Below are positions 43,766-54,959 of a DNA stretch of 64,000 nt, piece by piece; the stretch's first letter is position 1; every line of letters starts with the position of its first letter. A model generated the notes under the pieces. That model worked only from the letters and a program-made list of their open reading frames with translations. It did not search any database and was not told the DNA's origin. Origin of the DNA: Phycisphaerae bacterium (lineage in GTDB: Bacteria; Planctomycetota; Phycisphaerae; UBA1845; JAFGLZ01); contig JAFGLZ010000028.1 of NCBI GenBank assembly GCA_016927755.1, forward strand, positions 464 to 64,463, in the 5' to 3' direction. The translations under genes were made by a program, and so were the position numbers.

Positions 43766-44203
43766 CGGGTATACACGAGTCCGAGCGGACTCAATCCATG
43801 GGCATCAAGCCATTCATAGCCCTTGGGCCGGTTGTGGTTTCGTCCTCAGCCAGCCCTTCGACGCTCGGGGGTGTTCGCGTGCCGAGAGTGCCGGGGAGCG
43901 GGTTTTTTCGGGCATTCGGCTGACGAACCGCCTAGTCCTGCATCCAACATTCAGGGTTTTGGGCCGATAGCCGAGAGGTTCTGTTGCGCCGGTAGTCGAT
44001 CGGGGCGGCCGGATGACTCGTCGAGGCAGGACCCGTGTCGCGACTCTCGCGGAGTTGTCACGGCATAGGGGTCAGGGGAAGGATTTGAAGCGGATCTGGT
44101 TTTGATCGACGCGGTGGAGGGCTTTTCTTCCTCCTTGCCCCGCGCTAAGATTATCCGACGGTTGTCAGGCGCATGAGGGCGCCGCAATCACAGGGGATCA
44201 TTG

Positions 44204-46735
<2,532 letters not shown>

Positions 46736-46785
46736 ACCTCTCCGCGAGTGCGGCGGTGCCGGGCAGAACCCATTGAGTGATGGTC

Positions 46786-46821
46786 GGCAGGCTGTCGAGA
46801 GGCTCGGCAGCCTGCCGTTTT
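46786..46821 (+). terminator. Rho-independent terminator after clpC
   Basis: The arms GGCAGGCTG and CAGCCTGCC form the stem, followed by GTTTT. Confidence 0.6.
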
Positions 46822-46971
46822 CGTAATGCAGACAGTTGTCGGGGCGCGGAGCGAGACGCCGAACGCGTTGGCGTGGGCGGGAAGGCGTGGCGGAGGTCGA
46901 CCCAAAAAACCTGGTCGACATGCTCGACACACCCCCCTGATTGCCGCCATAATGAGTGAACTATCGTCTGT

Positions 46972-48519
46972 GTGAGAATAGGTGTAACGTTGCGTTTTCG
47001 GGCATACATTGACGGAAAGCCGGCCGCCTCGCTGAATCTCGGAGGATCCCATCTGGTCGGGAGTGACGGCGTCCCCCTCCTGGCCGAGATCGGCTTCAAG
47101 GACGGCCAGATCGTCTGCAGCAAGCGACCCCAAGGCCCGGCCGGGTTGTCGTTGCTCTGGCAGGTCAAGGGCTTCGGCAAGCTCATGCTGGAGACCACGC
47201 GCTTGCCGGACGAGGACGCATGCTACAACCTCAACGTGGAGCTGGCGCGTTCGCGTCTCCTGCGCATCGCGCAGAAGCGTGAGGACTGGGGCCTGTTCGA
47301 CCTGTCGGAAATCCCCGAGTTGGAGGCGGGGTTGGACAAGTCGCGCGACCTGTTCGTGGAGTCGCTCAAGGCGGAGGACCCTGCCGCGGCCTCGAAGCTC
47401 GCGGATCAGTCTCTCCTTCTCTCCTGCGACATCGGCGAAAAACTCAGTCTGTACCACGCGGATGCGTTCATGGCGCGCCGCCGGCAGAGCGCGTCGTTCA
47501 GCCGGCGGACCTTCGGCTGCGCGGTCGATCTGCTCACCGTCAGCGAGGGCTACCAGCGCCGACTTCTCGAGGGGTTCGACTTCCTCCAGATCCCGATCGT
47601 CTGGCGACGCGTGGAGCCCAAGGAGCAGGAGTTCAACTGGGGTCAGCTCGACGCGTGGGTCGAGTGGCTGACGAAGCACCGCGTGCCCATCAAGGCCGCC
47701 CCCCTGGTCGCATTCAACGAGGGCAACGTTCCCGACTGGCTTTACATCTGGGAGCACGATTTCGAGACCGTTCGCGATCTCGTCTACGACCATATCAACC
47801 GGGTGGCGGAGCGCTACGGGAACTACGTTCATTCTTGGGAGGTCATCAGCGCCATCCATGCGGAGAACTGCTTCAACTTCAACTTCGAGCAGCTCATGGA
47901 GCTGACGCGGATGGCCGCCACGCTGACCAAACAGCTCAGTCCGCGGAGCACGACGATCGTCAACCTCATCGCGCCTTGGGGCGAGTACTACGCGAGGAAT
48001 CAGCGGACGATCCCGCCGATGCTGTATGCGGACATGGCGGTTCAGAGCGGGATCAACTTCGACGCGTTCGGGCTCCAGTTCTTCTTCGGCGTCCCGAAAG
48101 ACGGCATGTACGTTCGGGACCTGTTGCAGATTTCCTCGATGGTCGATCGGTTCGCCCTGCTGGGCAAGCCGCTCCACATCACCGCCGTGCAGGTTCCGTC
48201 GACCACGACCGCGGATGAATGGGACGCCTGGGGAGGGAATCTGAGCGTGGAGGACGCCGGATTCTGGCATGCGGCCTGGACCGAAGAGCTTCAGGCCAGA
48301 TGGCTTCGCGATTTCATCCGGATCGCGCTGAGCAGGCCGTTCGTCGAGTCCGTCGCCTGGCGGGATCTGGCCGACTACGAAGGTCATTACCTCCCGCACG
48401 GGGGGTTGCTCAATCGGGACCTGTCTCCCAAGAAGGCGTATGCGGAGTTGCTGCGGATTCGACGCAGCCTGCCGAGACCCGAGGACAAGCGGCGCAAGCG
48501 TCCTTCAGCGCGTCGCTGA
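46972..48519 (+). CDS. GH10-like TIM-barrel protein with an unassigned N-terminal domain; catalytic Glu residues appear to be substituted
   Basis: WRRVEPKEQEFNWGQLDAWVEWLTKHRVPIKAAPLV...VPDW, HINRVAERYGNYVHSWEVISA and GKPLHITAVQV align by eye to GH10 blocks. No signal peptide. The annotated start is a GTG. Confidence 0.55.
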   Translation: MRIGVTLRFRAYIDGKPAASLNLGGSHLVGSDGVPLLAEIGFKDGQIVCSKRPQGPAGLSLLWQVKGFGKLMLETTRLPDEDACYNLNVELARSRLLRIAQKREDWGLFDLSEIPELEAGLDKSRDLFVESLKAEDPAAASKLADQSLLLSCDIGEKLSLYHADAFMARRRQSASFSRRTFGCAVDLLTVSEGYQRRLLEGFDFLQIPIVWRRVEPKEQEFNWGQLDAWVEWLTKHRVPIKAAPLVAFNEGNVPDWLYIWEHDFETVRDLVYDHINRVAERYGNYVHSWEVISAIHAENCFNFNFEQLMELTRMAATLTKQLSPRSTTIVNLIAPWGEYYARNQRTIPPMLYADMAVQSGINFDAFGLQFFFGVPKDGMYVRDLLQISSMVDRFALLGKPLHITAVQVPSTTTADEWDAWGGNLSVEDAGFWHAAWTEELQARWLRDFIRIALSRPFVESVAWRDLADYEGHYLPHGGLLNRDLSPKKAYAELLRIRRSLPRPEDKRRKRPSARR

Positions 48520-48582
48520 CGGCGCGGACTGACGCTCGATGCCGCGAGGCTCGTTCGATTACTGTTCGAGACGGCGTCGACG

Positions 48583-48987
48583 ATGGCACTTGGCTCATAC
48601 CCACGGCGGTTCGATCGAAACTGGTTGGGGCGTCCCGAAACACACTGGCTCTGCTACGGCGCGATACTCGCGGGCTTCCTGACGGCCTGGGCCGCGGGAA
48701 GACCGAGCACGATTCGCGTGAACACGCATTCCTCAGGGCTTGCTCCGCTGTCGGAAGTCCGGGCACGTATCAACCCCAACACGGCTGACTGGCGGGCGCT
48801 CGCGTCGCTGCCCGGCCTCGGCGAGACGCTGTCAAAGCGGATCGTGGCCTATCGTCAGGCGCAACGAGACGAACGCCGCGATCCTGGCGCGGTCGTGTTC
48901 CGAACCCCCCAAGATCTGGAGGGCGTCAAGGGCATTGGCCCCAAACGGGCTGCGGCGCTGTCCAAACTCGTGGTTTTCTCGGACTAG
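48583..48987 (+). CDS. comEA: ComEA-like helix-hairpin-helix DNA-binding protein
   Basis: TM anchor, then INPNTADWRALASLPGLGETLSKRIVAYR...PQDLEGVKGIGPKRAAAL. Confidence 0.8.
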   Translation: MALGSYPRRFDRNWLGRPETHWLCYGAILAGFLTAWAAGRPSTIRVNTHSSGLAPLSEVRARINPNTADWRALASLPGLGETLSKRIVAYRQAQRDERRDPGAVVFRTPQDLEGVKGIGPKRAAALSKLVVFSD

Positions 48988-49069
48988 GCGATTGCCATCT
49001 CGGCTTAACTCTTTTTTCTAAGGAACGTTATATCGGAACCCGATTCTGTCGGTTTTCCGGAGTTTGCCG

Positions 49070-49098
49070 TTGACAGGTTCAAGGCCTTGGGGTTCAAT
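49070..49098 (+). promoter_or_regulatory. Sigma70-like promoter directly in front of the hairpin/terminator at 49105..49174
   Basis: TTGACA, 17-nt spacer, TTCAAT. Confidence 0.45.
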
Positions 49099-49104
49099 GA
49101 TGGT

Positions 49105-49174
49105 CACTGGGGTGGTTCCCCCCCGGCGCGTCGGTTTCCCCCCCGGCCGACTCGCCACCCGCCCCAGTTTTTTT
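49105..49174 (+). ncRNA. Candidate ~70-nt sRNA (or an elaborate terminator) with two C7 loops
   Basis: Outer stem ACTGGGGTGG / CCACC(CG)CCCCAGT. Inner stem GGCGCGTCGG / CCGACTCGCC. Unpaired TTCCCCCCC and TTTCCCCCCCGG. It ends in T7 (49168-49174). Confidence 0.4.
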
Positions 49175-49276
49175 ACGCGCAAACCGAATTGGGCGCAGAC
49201 GATTACAGACGAGGTCGTCGGCCAGAAGCGCTGATGGCGGCTTCTAAAGCTCGGGCGGCAAGGATCCAGTGCGGAT

Positions 49277-49408
49277 TTAGGGTCCTCGGAAGCGGCGGCG
49301 GTCTTCCTCTTCGGCGAGCCTCTTCTGCTTGCGGTACCAGCTCCACAGAGGTAAGCCGACGATGAAGAACCCCAGCGCGGCGATGACGAGAAACTCCCGG
49401 GGGCCCAT
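49277..49408 (-). CDS. Possible 43-aa single-TM peptide downstream of the GGDEF gene
   Basis: My own translation is MGPREFLVIAALGFFIVGLPLWSWYRKQKRLAEEEDRRRFRGP. Third codon positions are GC-rich. It is below the ORF-track length cutoff, and I see no clear RBS. Confidence 0.3.
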   Translation of the reverse strand: MGPREFLVIAALGFFIVGLPLWSWYRKQKRLAEEEDRRRFRGP

Positions 49409-49447
49409 GCCGGGGGCACAGCAGAAAAACGCCAGCACGGCAGGCAA

Positions 49448-50872
49448 TCAGACCTCCTCGGCGGTTGCGCCGGCCTGGTAGGCGCGTACTTCGTTGGCTT
49501 GTGCGGCCGGTGCCAAACGTTCGCCGAGCCAGCCGCTGCCGATCGGTAGGACGCGATTCTTCCCTTGTCTCTTGGCGGTCAGCAAGGCGGCGTCCGCCCC
49601 GGCGACCAGCGACGCGGCGTCCGTCGCTTCCCAGGGAAACGTAGCCAAGCCGCCGCTGATCGTCAACCTTCCCCGAGCGTGCCGGCCCAGCCCGGCAAAC
49701 CGGTGGTTCAGCAAGGCGTCGCGGAATCGGTCGATGATCGAGAGCGGGTCCGTGGGGTGCTGCGAACCGGCCACGCGAGGCTGGTCGGCGTCCCAGAAGA
49801 CGACCGCGAACTCGTCGCCGCCGTAGCGGGCGACGACGTCGTGTTTGCGGCAGCACCGCTTCATGAGCTGTCCGACCTCACGGATGATCTCGTCGCCGGC
49901 GGTGTGGCCGTACTCGTCGTTGTATTGCTTGAAATTATCGATGTCGAACATCAGGAGCGTGATTCGAAACCGCTGGCTCGTGGCGCGCTGCACGAGCTGG
50001 TCGAGCAGCTCGGTCAAGTACCACCGGTTGTGCAGGCCGCTGACGGCGTCGGTCATTGCCCGCTTGCGGGCTTCCGACTCGCGCCGGTGGGCGGCGAGTA
50101 TCTGCGAGAACAGATGCGCGAACCCGCGGAGTCTGCCTGTCGCGCTCGCCTCGTCGCGAACATGCATCGGCGGTCCCAACACGATCTGTCCGACTTGCTG
50201 TCCCTCGATCGTCAATGGCTCGGTGACGTGGGGGGACGTGACGGGGTTACCCTCCTTGACTGTCAGGCCGAACGCGGACAGCTCGACGCCTTCGACCTGG
50301 AGGCCCTGGCGGACCATCGCCGCCAATCGCTTCAGGAGGTCGCCCAGGGTTCCACCCAGACGGGCCAGCGCCTCGGTGAGCGAGGCGATCGCCTGGTCGT
50401 CGTCCGTCGAGACCCTCGGGGTCTGGACGGGGGGCGTGGTGGCATCGACACTCGTAGGTCCGCCGAGGATCGCGTCCAGGTCCTCGGACGTCGGGGGATC
50501 GATGACATAGTCGTCAGCGTCCAGGCCCATCATCCTCCGCGCGAGCGGCTCGGCGTGCGGTCTGCAGCACAGAACGATCGGGACGTCGCGGCCTGCCGCC
50601 TGTCGGAGTCCGGCGAGGGCGGCCTCGATGCGGCGTGGCCCGATATCGAGATCGGCCACGACGGCGCGGACGCCGGGGCGAGCCGCCTCGATGACGCCGG
50701 CGAGGTAGCTTTCCGAGCAGACCACGTCCACGGCCTCTCCGCAGGCGCGAAGGCTTGCAGCCAGCCGATTCGCCTTGCCCTGCCGCGGGCCTGTCTGCTC
50801 TGGTTGGTCATCAGAAGCGGCGATCAAGACCACCCGTCTTCGCTCCGCTAGCGTGTCGAACGGGTCATTCAT
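49448..50872 (-). CDS. Diguanylate cyclase (degenerate REC-like N-terminus, sensor region, GGDEF with I-site)
   Basis: RYGGDEF, with RKHD five residues upstream (I-site RxxD). Also LMFDIDNFKQYNDEYGHTAGD. Confidence 0.85.
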   Translation of the reverse strand: MNDPFDTLAERRRVVLIAASDDQPEQTGPRQGKANRLAASLRACGEAVDVVCSESYLAGVIEAARPGVRAVVADLDIGPRRIEAALAGLRQAAGRDVPIVLCCRPHAEPLARRMMGLDADDYVIDPPTSEDLDAILGGPTSVDATTPPVQTPRVSTDDDQAIASLTEALARLGGTLGDLLKRLAAMVRQGLQVEGVELSAFGLTVKEGNPVTSPHVTEPLTIEGQQVGQIVLGPPMHVRDEASATGRLRGFAHLFSQILAAHRRESEARKRAMTDAVSGLHNRWYLTELLDQLVQRATSQRFRITLLMFDIDNFKQYNDEYGHTAGDEIIREVGQLMKRCCRKHDVVARYGGDEFAVVFWDADQPRVAGSQHPTDPLSIIDRFRDALLNHRFAGLGRHARGRLTISGGLATFPWEATDAASLVAGADAALLTAKRQGKNRVLPIGSGWLGERLAPAAQANEVRAYQAGATAEEV

Positions 50873-51677
50873 GGGCGGTCTCTTCCGTCTGAGTGGAGGC
50901 GTGCAAACTCGAAAGGAGCGCATCGACCTCCTGCTCGCTCAACAGCGGTTCGTTCAAGGGCTCGGCCCGTGGAGTCTCTTCCCCCCGTTGCATTGCCTCG
51001 GCGCCGGCCCCCATCTTTCGAGTCTGGCCGCGCATGTGTGGGGGGACTCGTTGTGGCCGGTCCGAACTGGGCTTCCACGGGGTGGGAATGCCGGCGTGCG
51101 TCTCCTCCGTGCCCGGCTCCGGTTCAAGTTGCTCGTCCGGCTCGGCGGAAGGAATGTCCTTGCGAGTTGAATCGTGCTGATACGAGCCGTCGTCGCGAGC
51201 TCTCACCACCTCGGGCGTTGTCTCGAACGGCGCACGCGCGGGCTCGTCCTCGAGCGGGATCGGTTCCGCCTCTCGGGTCTGGCCGCCGGCCTCCTTGGCT
51301 GATTGCCGAGTCGCTCGAGCCGCCAGGATCGTCGCGACCCGCGCCGCCGAGGACTCGGATTGTGCTCCCAGTGCCATCGCTCGCTGGCGCCGATGGCCGT
51401 CCATCGCCTGCCCGTAGATGTAGAGGGGAAGATTCGGCCACTCGCGTCCGACCAACGTGAAGAACTCGAGTTCGGTCGCATCGAGATCGTCGACACAGAC
51501 GAGGACGGCGTGAATCGCGCCGTCGACGGGGCGGGCCAATCCGGCCAAAGCGGCGTAGACGGTATCGACGCGCTGGACGTCGAAGCCGGCCTGGGCGACC
51601 GCCGTCTCATACTCCGAGCTTGCGCTCGAGGATCTCTCCACGACGTGGAGGACCTTCAGACGATCCCGCGGCTTCAT
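50865..51677 (-). CDS. Pseudo-receiver domain protein with a disordered acidic/proline-rich tail
   Basis: REC-like beta-alpha pattern (KVLHVVERSS...AVLVCVDDLD...PLYIYG). The acidic pocket is not canonical. Its stop overlaps the GGDEF gene start by 8 nt (ATGAATGA). Confidence 0.6.
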   Translation of the reverse strand: MKPRDRLKVLHVVERSSSASSEYETAVAQAGFDVQRVDTVYAALAGLARPVDGAIHAVLVCVDDLDATELEFFTLVGREWPNLPLYIYGQAMDGHRRQRAMALGAQSESSAARVATILAARATRQSAKEAGGQTREAEPIPLEDEPARAPFETTPEVVRARDDGSYQHDSTRKDIPSAEPDEQLEPEPGTEETHAGIPTPWKPSSDRPQRVPPHMRGQTRKMGAGAEAMQRGEETPRAEPLNEPLLSEQEVDALLSSLHASTQTEETAHE

Positions 51678-51777
51678 TGCACCTAACCCCCTCGCGCTCA
51701 GAGTCGCCCAAGACGACCCTCTCGCGGCCCCACGACATCGCTCAGTCTATCCCTTCCGTCGCGGCCAAGTCAAACCC

Positions 51778-51806
51778 TTGGCAAAATCGGGATCGCCCCT
51801 TATTAT
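51778..51806 (+). promoter_or_regulatory. Sigma70-like promoter for dacB
   Basis: TTGGCA, 17-nt spacer, TATTAT, about 75 nt upstream of the ATG at 51884. Confidence 0.5.
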
Positions 51807-51883
51807 CGGGGTATGCCGCCAACCACCCGTTGGCGGCGTGTGTCTATAAAGGGGTTCGGCGAGTCAGTCATCTCGAGCGAGGC

Positions 51884-53410
51884 ATGAGCGTCAGGCGTTC
51901 AGATCGGAGGGCGATCATCGGCTTGCCAAGACCGGCAATGTTCCGGGCTCTTTGGGCCGTCTGGTTGATTCTCGCCGCGACCGCGTCGGGGTTGATCGCG
52001 GACGAGGCCCTGACCAAGCAGATCGACGCGATCCTGGCTCGGGGCAAGAAGCCAGGTGTCCTTGCCGGGGTCCGCGTGCTCGATCTACCCAGCGGGCGCG
52101 TCCTGTACAGCCTGAACGCCGAACGAGCCTTCAAGCCGGCCAGCAATATGAAGCTGTTGACGACGGCGGCCGCGCTTGACCTGCTCGGCGCGGATTTCAA
52201 GTACCGAACGACGTTGGCCCGACGAGGAAACGATCTGGTGGTCGTCGGCTGCGGCGACCCGGGCACGGGCGATCCACGGCTGGCCGAGCTCAAGGATGAG
52301 CCGATCACCACCCTCTTCCATCGTTGGGCGGAGGCCCTGCGCGCGGCAGGCATCACCGAGGTGAGCGGCCGGCTATTGGTCGACGACTCCGTGTTTGAAT
52401 CGACAAGGACCCATCCGAACTGGGATCCGGAGGAGCTGGACACGTACTACGCCGCGCCGGTCGGCGGATTGAACTTCAACGACAACTGCATCGACACGGT
52501 GGTCTCGCCCGCGTCGCAGCCGGGCGACCCGGCGATCGTGGAATTGACGCCTCGAACGGACTGGATGCGTCTGGAGAACCGTTGTCGCAGCGGCGGGAAG
52601 GGCCAGCCGCTCATCCGCCGGATTCCGGGCAAGGACGTGCTCGTCCTGACGGGCAACTGCGGGAAGCGGACCGGCGTGGCTCCCGTGGCGGTGTATGACC
52701 CCGGAATGCTCTTCGGCGGCGCCTGTCGGGCGTCTCTCGTCGCCTCGGGGATCAAGATGGGGCGAGAGATCAAACGCACGCGGGTCCGCGACGGCGATGG
52801 TTCGCTTCCGGCGGACTGCGCCGTGATCGCGACGTGCGAGACGGCGCTGCCTGATGTGCTGTCCCGCTGCAACAAGAGGAGCCAGAATCTCTTTGCCGAG
52901 TGCCTGCTGAAGACGTTGGGGTACCACTACGGATCGTCGGCGGGCGCCTCGGCCGTGGCCGAAGGGAGCTGGACGACGGGGCGAGCGGCGGTCCGTCGCT
53001 TTCTCATCGAGTGCGGCATCTCGCCGCATGAGTGTGTCATCGACGACGGGAGCGGGCTGAGTCATGACAACCGCCTGTCGCCCTCGCACCTGACGGAGAT
53101 CCTGCGGCACATGTTCGGACATCCCCATCATGACGTCTACGTCAACAGTCTGGCCATCAGTGGACGGGACGGGACCATCCGGCGACGCATGCGGGATATC
53201 GAAGGCCAAGTCCATGCCAAGACCGGCTACGTGAACGGCGTGAGAACGCTCAGCGGCTACGTCTCCGACAAGTCGGGCAAGAACTGGGCGTGTTTCGCGA
53301 TCCTCTTCAACGGCATCAACGGGAGCACCGGCCCCTACGCGGCGATTCAAGACGACATCGTTCGCGTCCTGGCACGCTGGCTGGACAGTCGGCCGGCGTC
53401 GGGGACGTGA
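51884..53410 (+). CDS. dacB: D-alanyl-D-alanine carboxypeptidase/endopeptidase, PBP4 (peptidase S13)
   Basis: The SxxK context is FKPASNMKLLTTAAAL. SGLSHDN and HAKTGY correspond to the SxN and KTG motifs. Confidence 0.88.
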   Translation: MSVRRSDRRAIIGLPRPAMFRALWAVWLILAATASGLIADEALTKQIDAILARGKKPGVLAGVRVLDLPSGRVLYSLNAERAFKPASNMKLLTTAAALDLLGADFKYRTTLARRGNDLVVVGCGDPGTGDPRLAELKDEPITTLFHRWAEALRAAGITEVSGRLLVDDSVFESTRTHPNWDPEELDTYYAAPVGGLNFNDNCIDTVVSPASQPGDPAIVELTPRTDWMRLENRCRSGGKGQPLIRRIPGKDVLVLTGNCGKRTGVAPVAVYDPGMLFGGACRASLVASGIKMGREIKRTRVRDGDGSLPADCAVIATCETALPDVLSRCNKRSQNLFAECLLKTLGYHYGSSAGASAVAEGSWTTGRAAVRRFLIECGISPHECVIDDGSGLSHDNRLSPSHLTEILRHMFGHPHHDVYVNSLAISGRDGTIRRRMRDIEGQVHAKTGYVNGVRTLSGYVSDKSGKNWACFAILFNGINGSTGPYAAIQDDIVRVLARWLDSRPASGT

Positions 53411-53437
53411 CCTCGCGAACCCCCAAGATCCTCGCTC

Positions 53438-54814
53438 CTAGAACTGCAGATAGATGAACCCCTGCGTCTGGCCGCCGCAGAAGATCGCCATGTAGAGGAT
53501 CATGAGCACCACCAGGGCGACGCGGACGGGGCCCAGCTCGAGCAGCCACCGGAGCCGGGACTCATAGGCGAACTGGTACGCCCAGACGGCGAGGGTCAAC
53601 GTCAGCGCCCACATCGGGAACTTCGGGTCGGCCCAGCCGGCGGTGAAGATGCCCGAGATGATCCGACAGGCGTGCTCGAAGCTCTCGGCCCGGAAGAAGA
53701 TCCACGCGAAGGCGACGATGGTAAAGACGAGCATCTGCTTGGCGAACCTCGGCACGCGGTCGCGGTAGAAGGCGGTTCGCTCGAGCTCTCGCGTCAGGAC
53801 GCGTCCGAAGGCGTGCACCGCGCCCCAGATCACGAACGTCCAGGCCGCGCCGTGCCACAGGCCGGAGATCAGCATGGTGAGGATCATGTTGACGTAGGTG
53901 CGGAAGCCGCCCTTTCGGTTTCCGCCCAGGGGGATGTACACGTAATCCTTGAACCACGTCGAGAGGCTGATGTGCCATCGCTCCCAGAACTCGCCGAGTC
54001 CGGTGGCCAGGTACGGGTTGTTGAAGTTGAGCATCAGGCGGAAGCCGAGGAGCCTGGCCAGGCCCCGGGCCATATCCGTGTAGCCGCTGAAGTCGAAGTA
54101 GATCTGCCACGTGTAGGCGAAGGCCGCCAGGAGCAGGGCGGGGGAGTGATGCTCCTCGGGGCAGGCGTAGATCGTATCGACGTACTGCGCGAGGTAGTCG
54201 GCCAGGGCGATCTTCTTGAACAGGCCGACGACGAACAGGCTGGCCCCGTCGGCGACGTCCTGCGAGGTGATTCGAACGGGCTTGTGCATTTGCGGCAGGA
54301 GGTTTCCGGCCCGCTCGATCGGGCCCATCATCAATCGGGGGAACATCGAGACGAACGTGGCGTATCGGAGGTAGCTGTCTTCCCGCTCGATCTTGCCGCG
54401 GTAATAGTCGATGGTGTAGCTGAGCGACTGGAAGACGTAGAACGAGATGCCGATGGGAAGGAGCCAATTGGGCGCGGAGACGGCGTACGGGATACCCAGC
54501 CACGCCAGCAGGGCCGTGACGTTGTCGGCGACGAAGGCGCCGTATTTGAAGAAGCCGAGGAGCCCCAGGTTGTTGATGATGCTGACGGTGAGCCATGGCT
54601 TCTTGCGCCGGCCCTTGGACATGAGCACGACCATCAGGAAGTCGACGGCCGTGGAGTAGGTGATCAGGATGAGATACCAAGGGCTGAACCATCCGTAGAA
54701 GACGTACGAGGCGATCAGCAGCCAGTACTGCCACGCCGTCGTGCGCTTGACCGCCAGGTAGACGGCGTAGACGACGGCGAAGAAGACGGCGAATTCCCAG
54801 GTCTGAAACAGCAT
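53438..54814 (-). CDS. MBOAT-family membrane O-acyltransferase (AlgI/DltB/PatA-like)
   Basis: LLPIGISFYVFQSLSYTIDYYRG, RWHISLSTWFKDYVYIPLGGNR and LISGLWHGA (the conserved His). Start MLFQTWEF at 54814. Confidence 0.88.
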   Translation of the reverse strand: MLFQTWEFAVFFAVVYAVYLAVKRTTAWQYWLLIASYVFYGWFSPWYLILITYSTAVDFLMVVLMSKGRRKKPWLTVSIINNLGLLGFFKYGAFVADNVTALLAWLGIPYAVSAPNWLLPIGISFYVFQSLSYTIDYYRGKIEREDSYLRYATFVSMFPRLMMGPIERAGNLLPQMHKPVRITSQDVADGASLFVVGLFKKIALADYLAQYVDTIYACPEEHHSPALLLAAFAYTWQIYFDFSGYTDMARGLARLLGFRLMLNFNNPYLATGLGEFWERWHISLSTWFKDYVYIPLGGNRKGGFRTYVNMILTMLISGLWHGAAWTFVIWGAVHAFGRVLTRELERTAFYRDRVPRFAKQMLVFTIVAFAWIFFRAESFEHACRIISGIFTAGWADPKFPMWALTLTLAVWAYQFAYESRLRWLLELGPVRVALVVLMILYMAIFCGGQTQGFIYLQF

Positions 54815-54959
54815 GCGTCTTTTCCTCGGGAGACCCGTCACGTGAGGCGGGGTTCCGCAAACCGAATGGCCACTGTTTACCGGCCCGATGGGCGAAAAAC
54901 AACCCCGCGGCGCCATCACGAGTGCCAAGCGGATCGCTCTAGGCTAGAATGCTCGCGTC

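Noticed and set aside
43737-44200. tmRNA, RNase P RNA or 6S RNA in the long clpC upstream region
   Set aside because: There is no GAGGAAAGUCC-type P4 sequence, no tRNA-like 3' end with a T-arm/CCA context, and no long 6S-like closing stem is evident.
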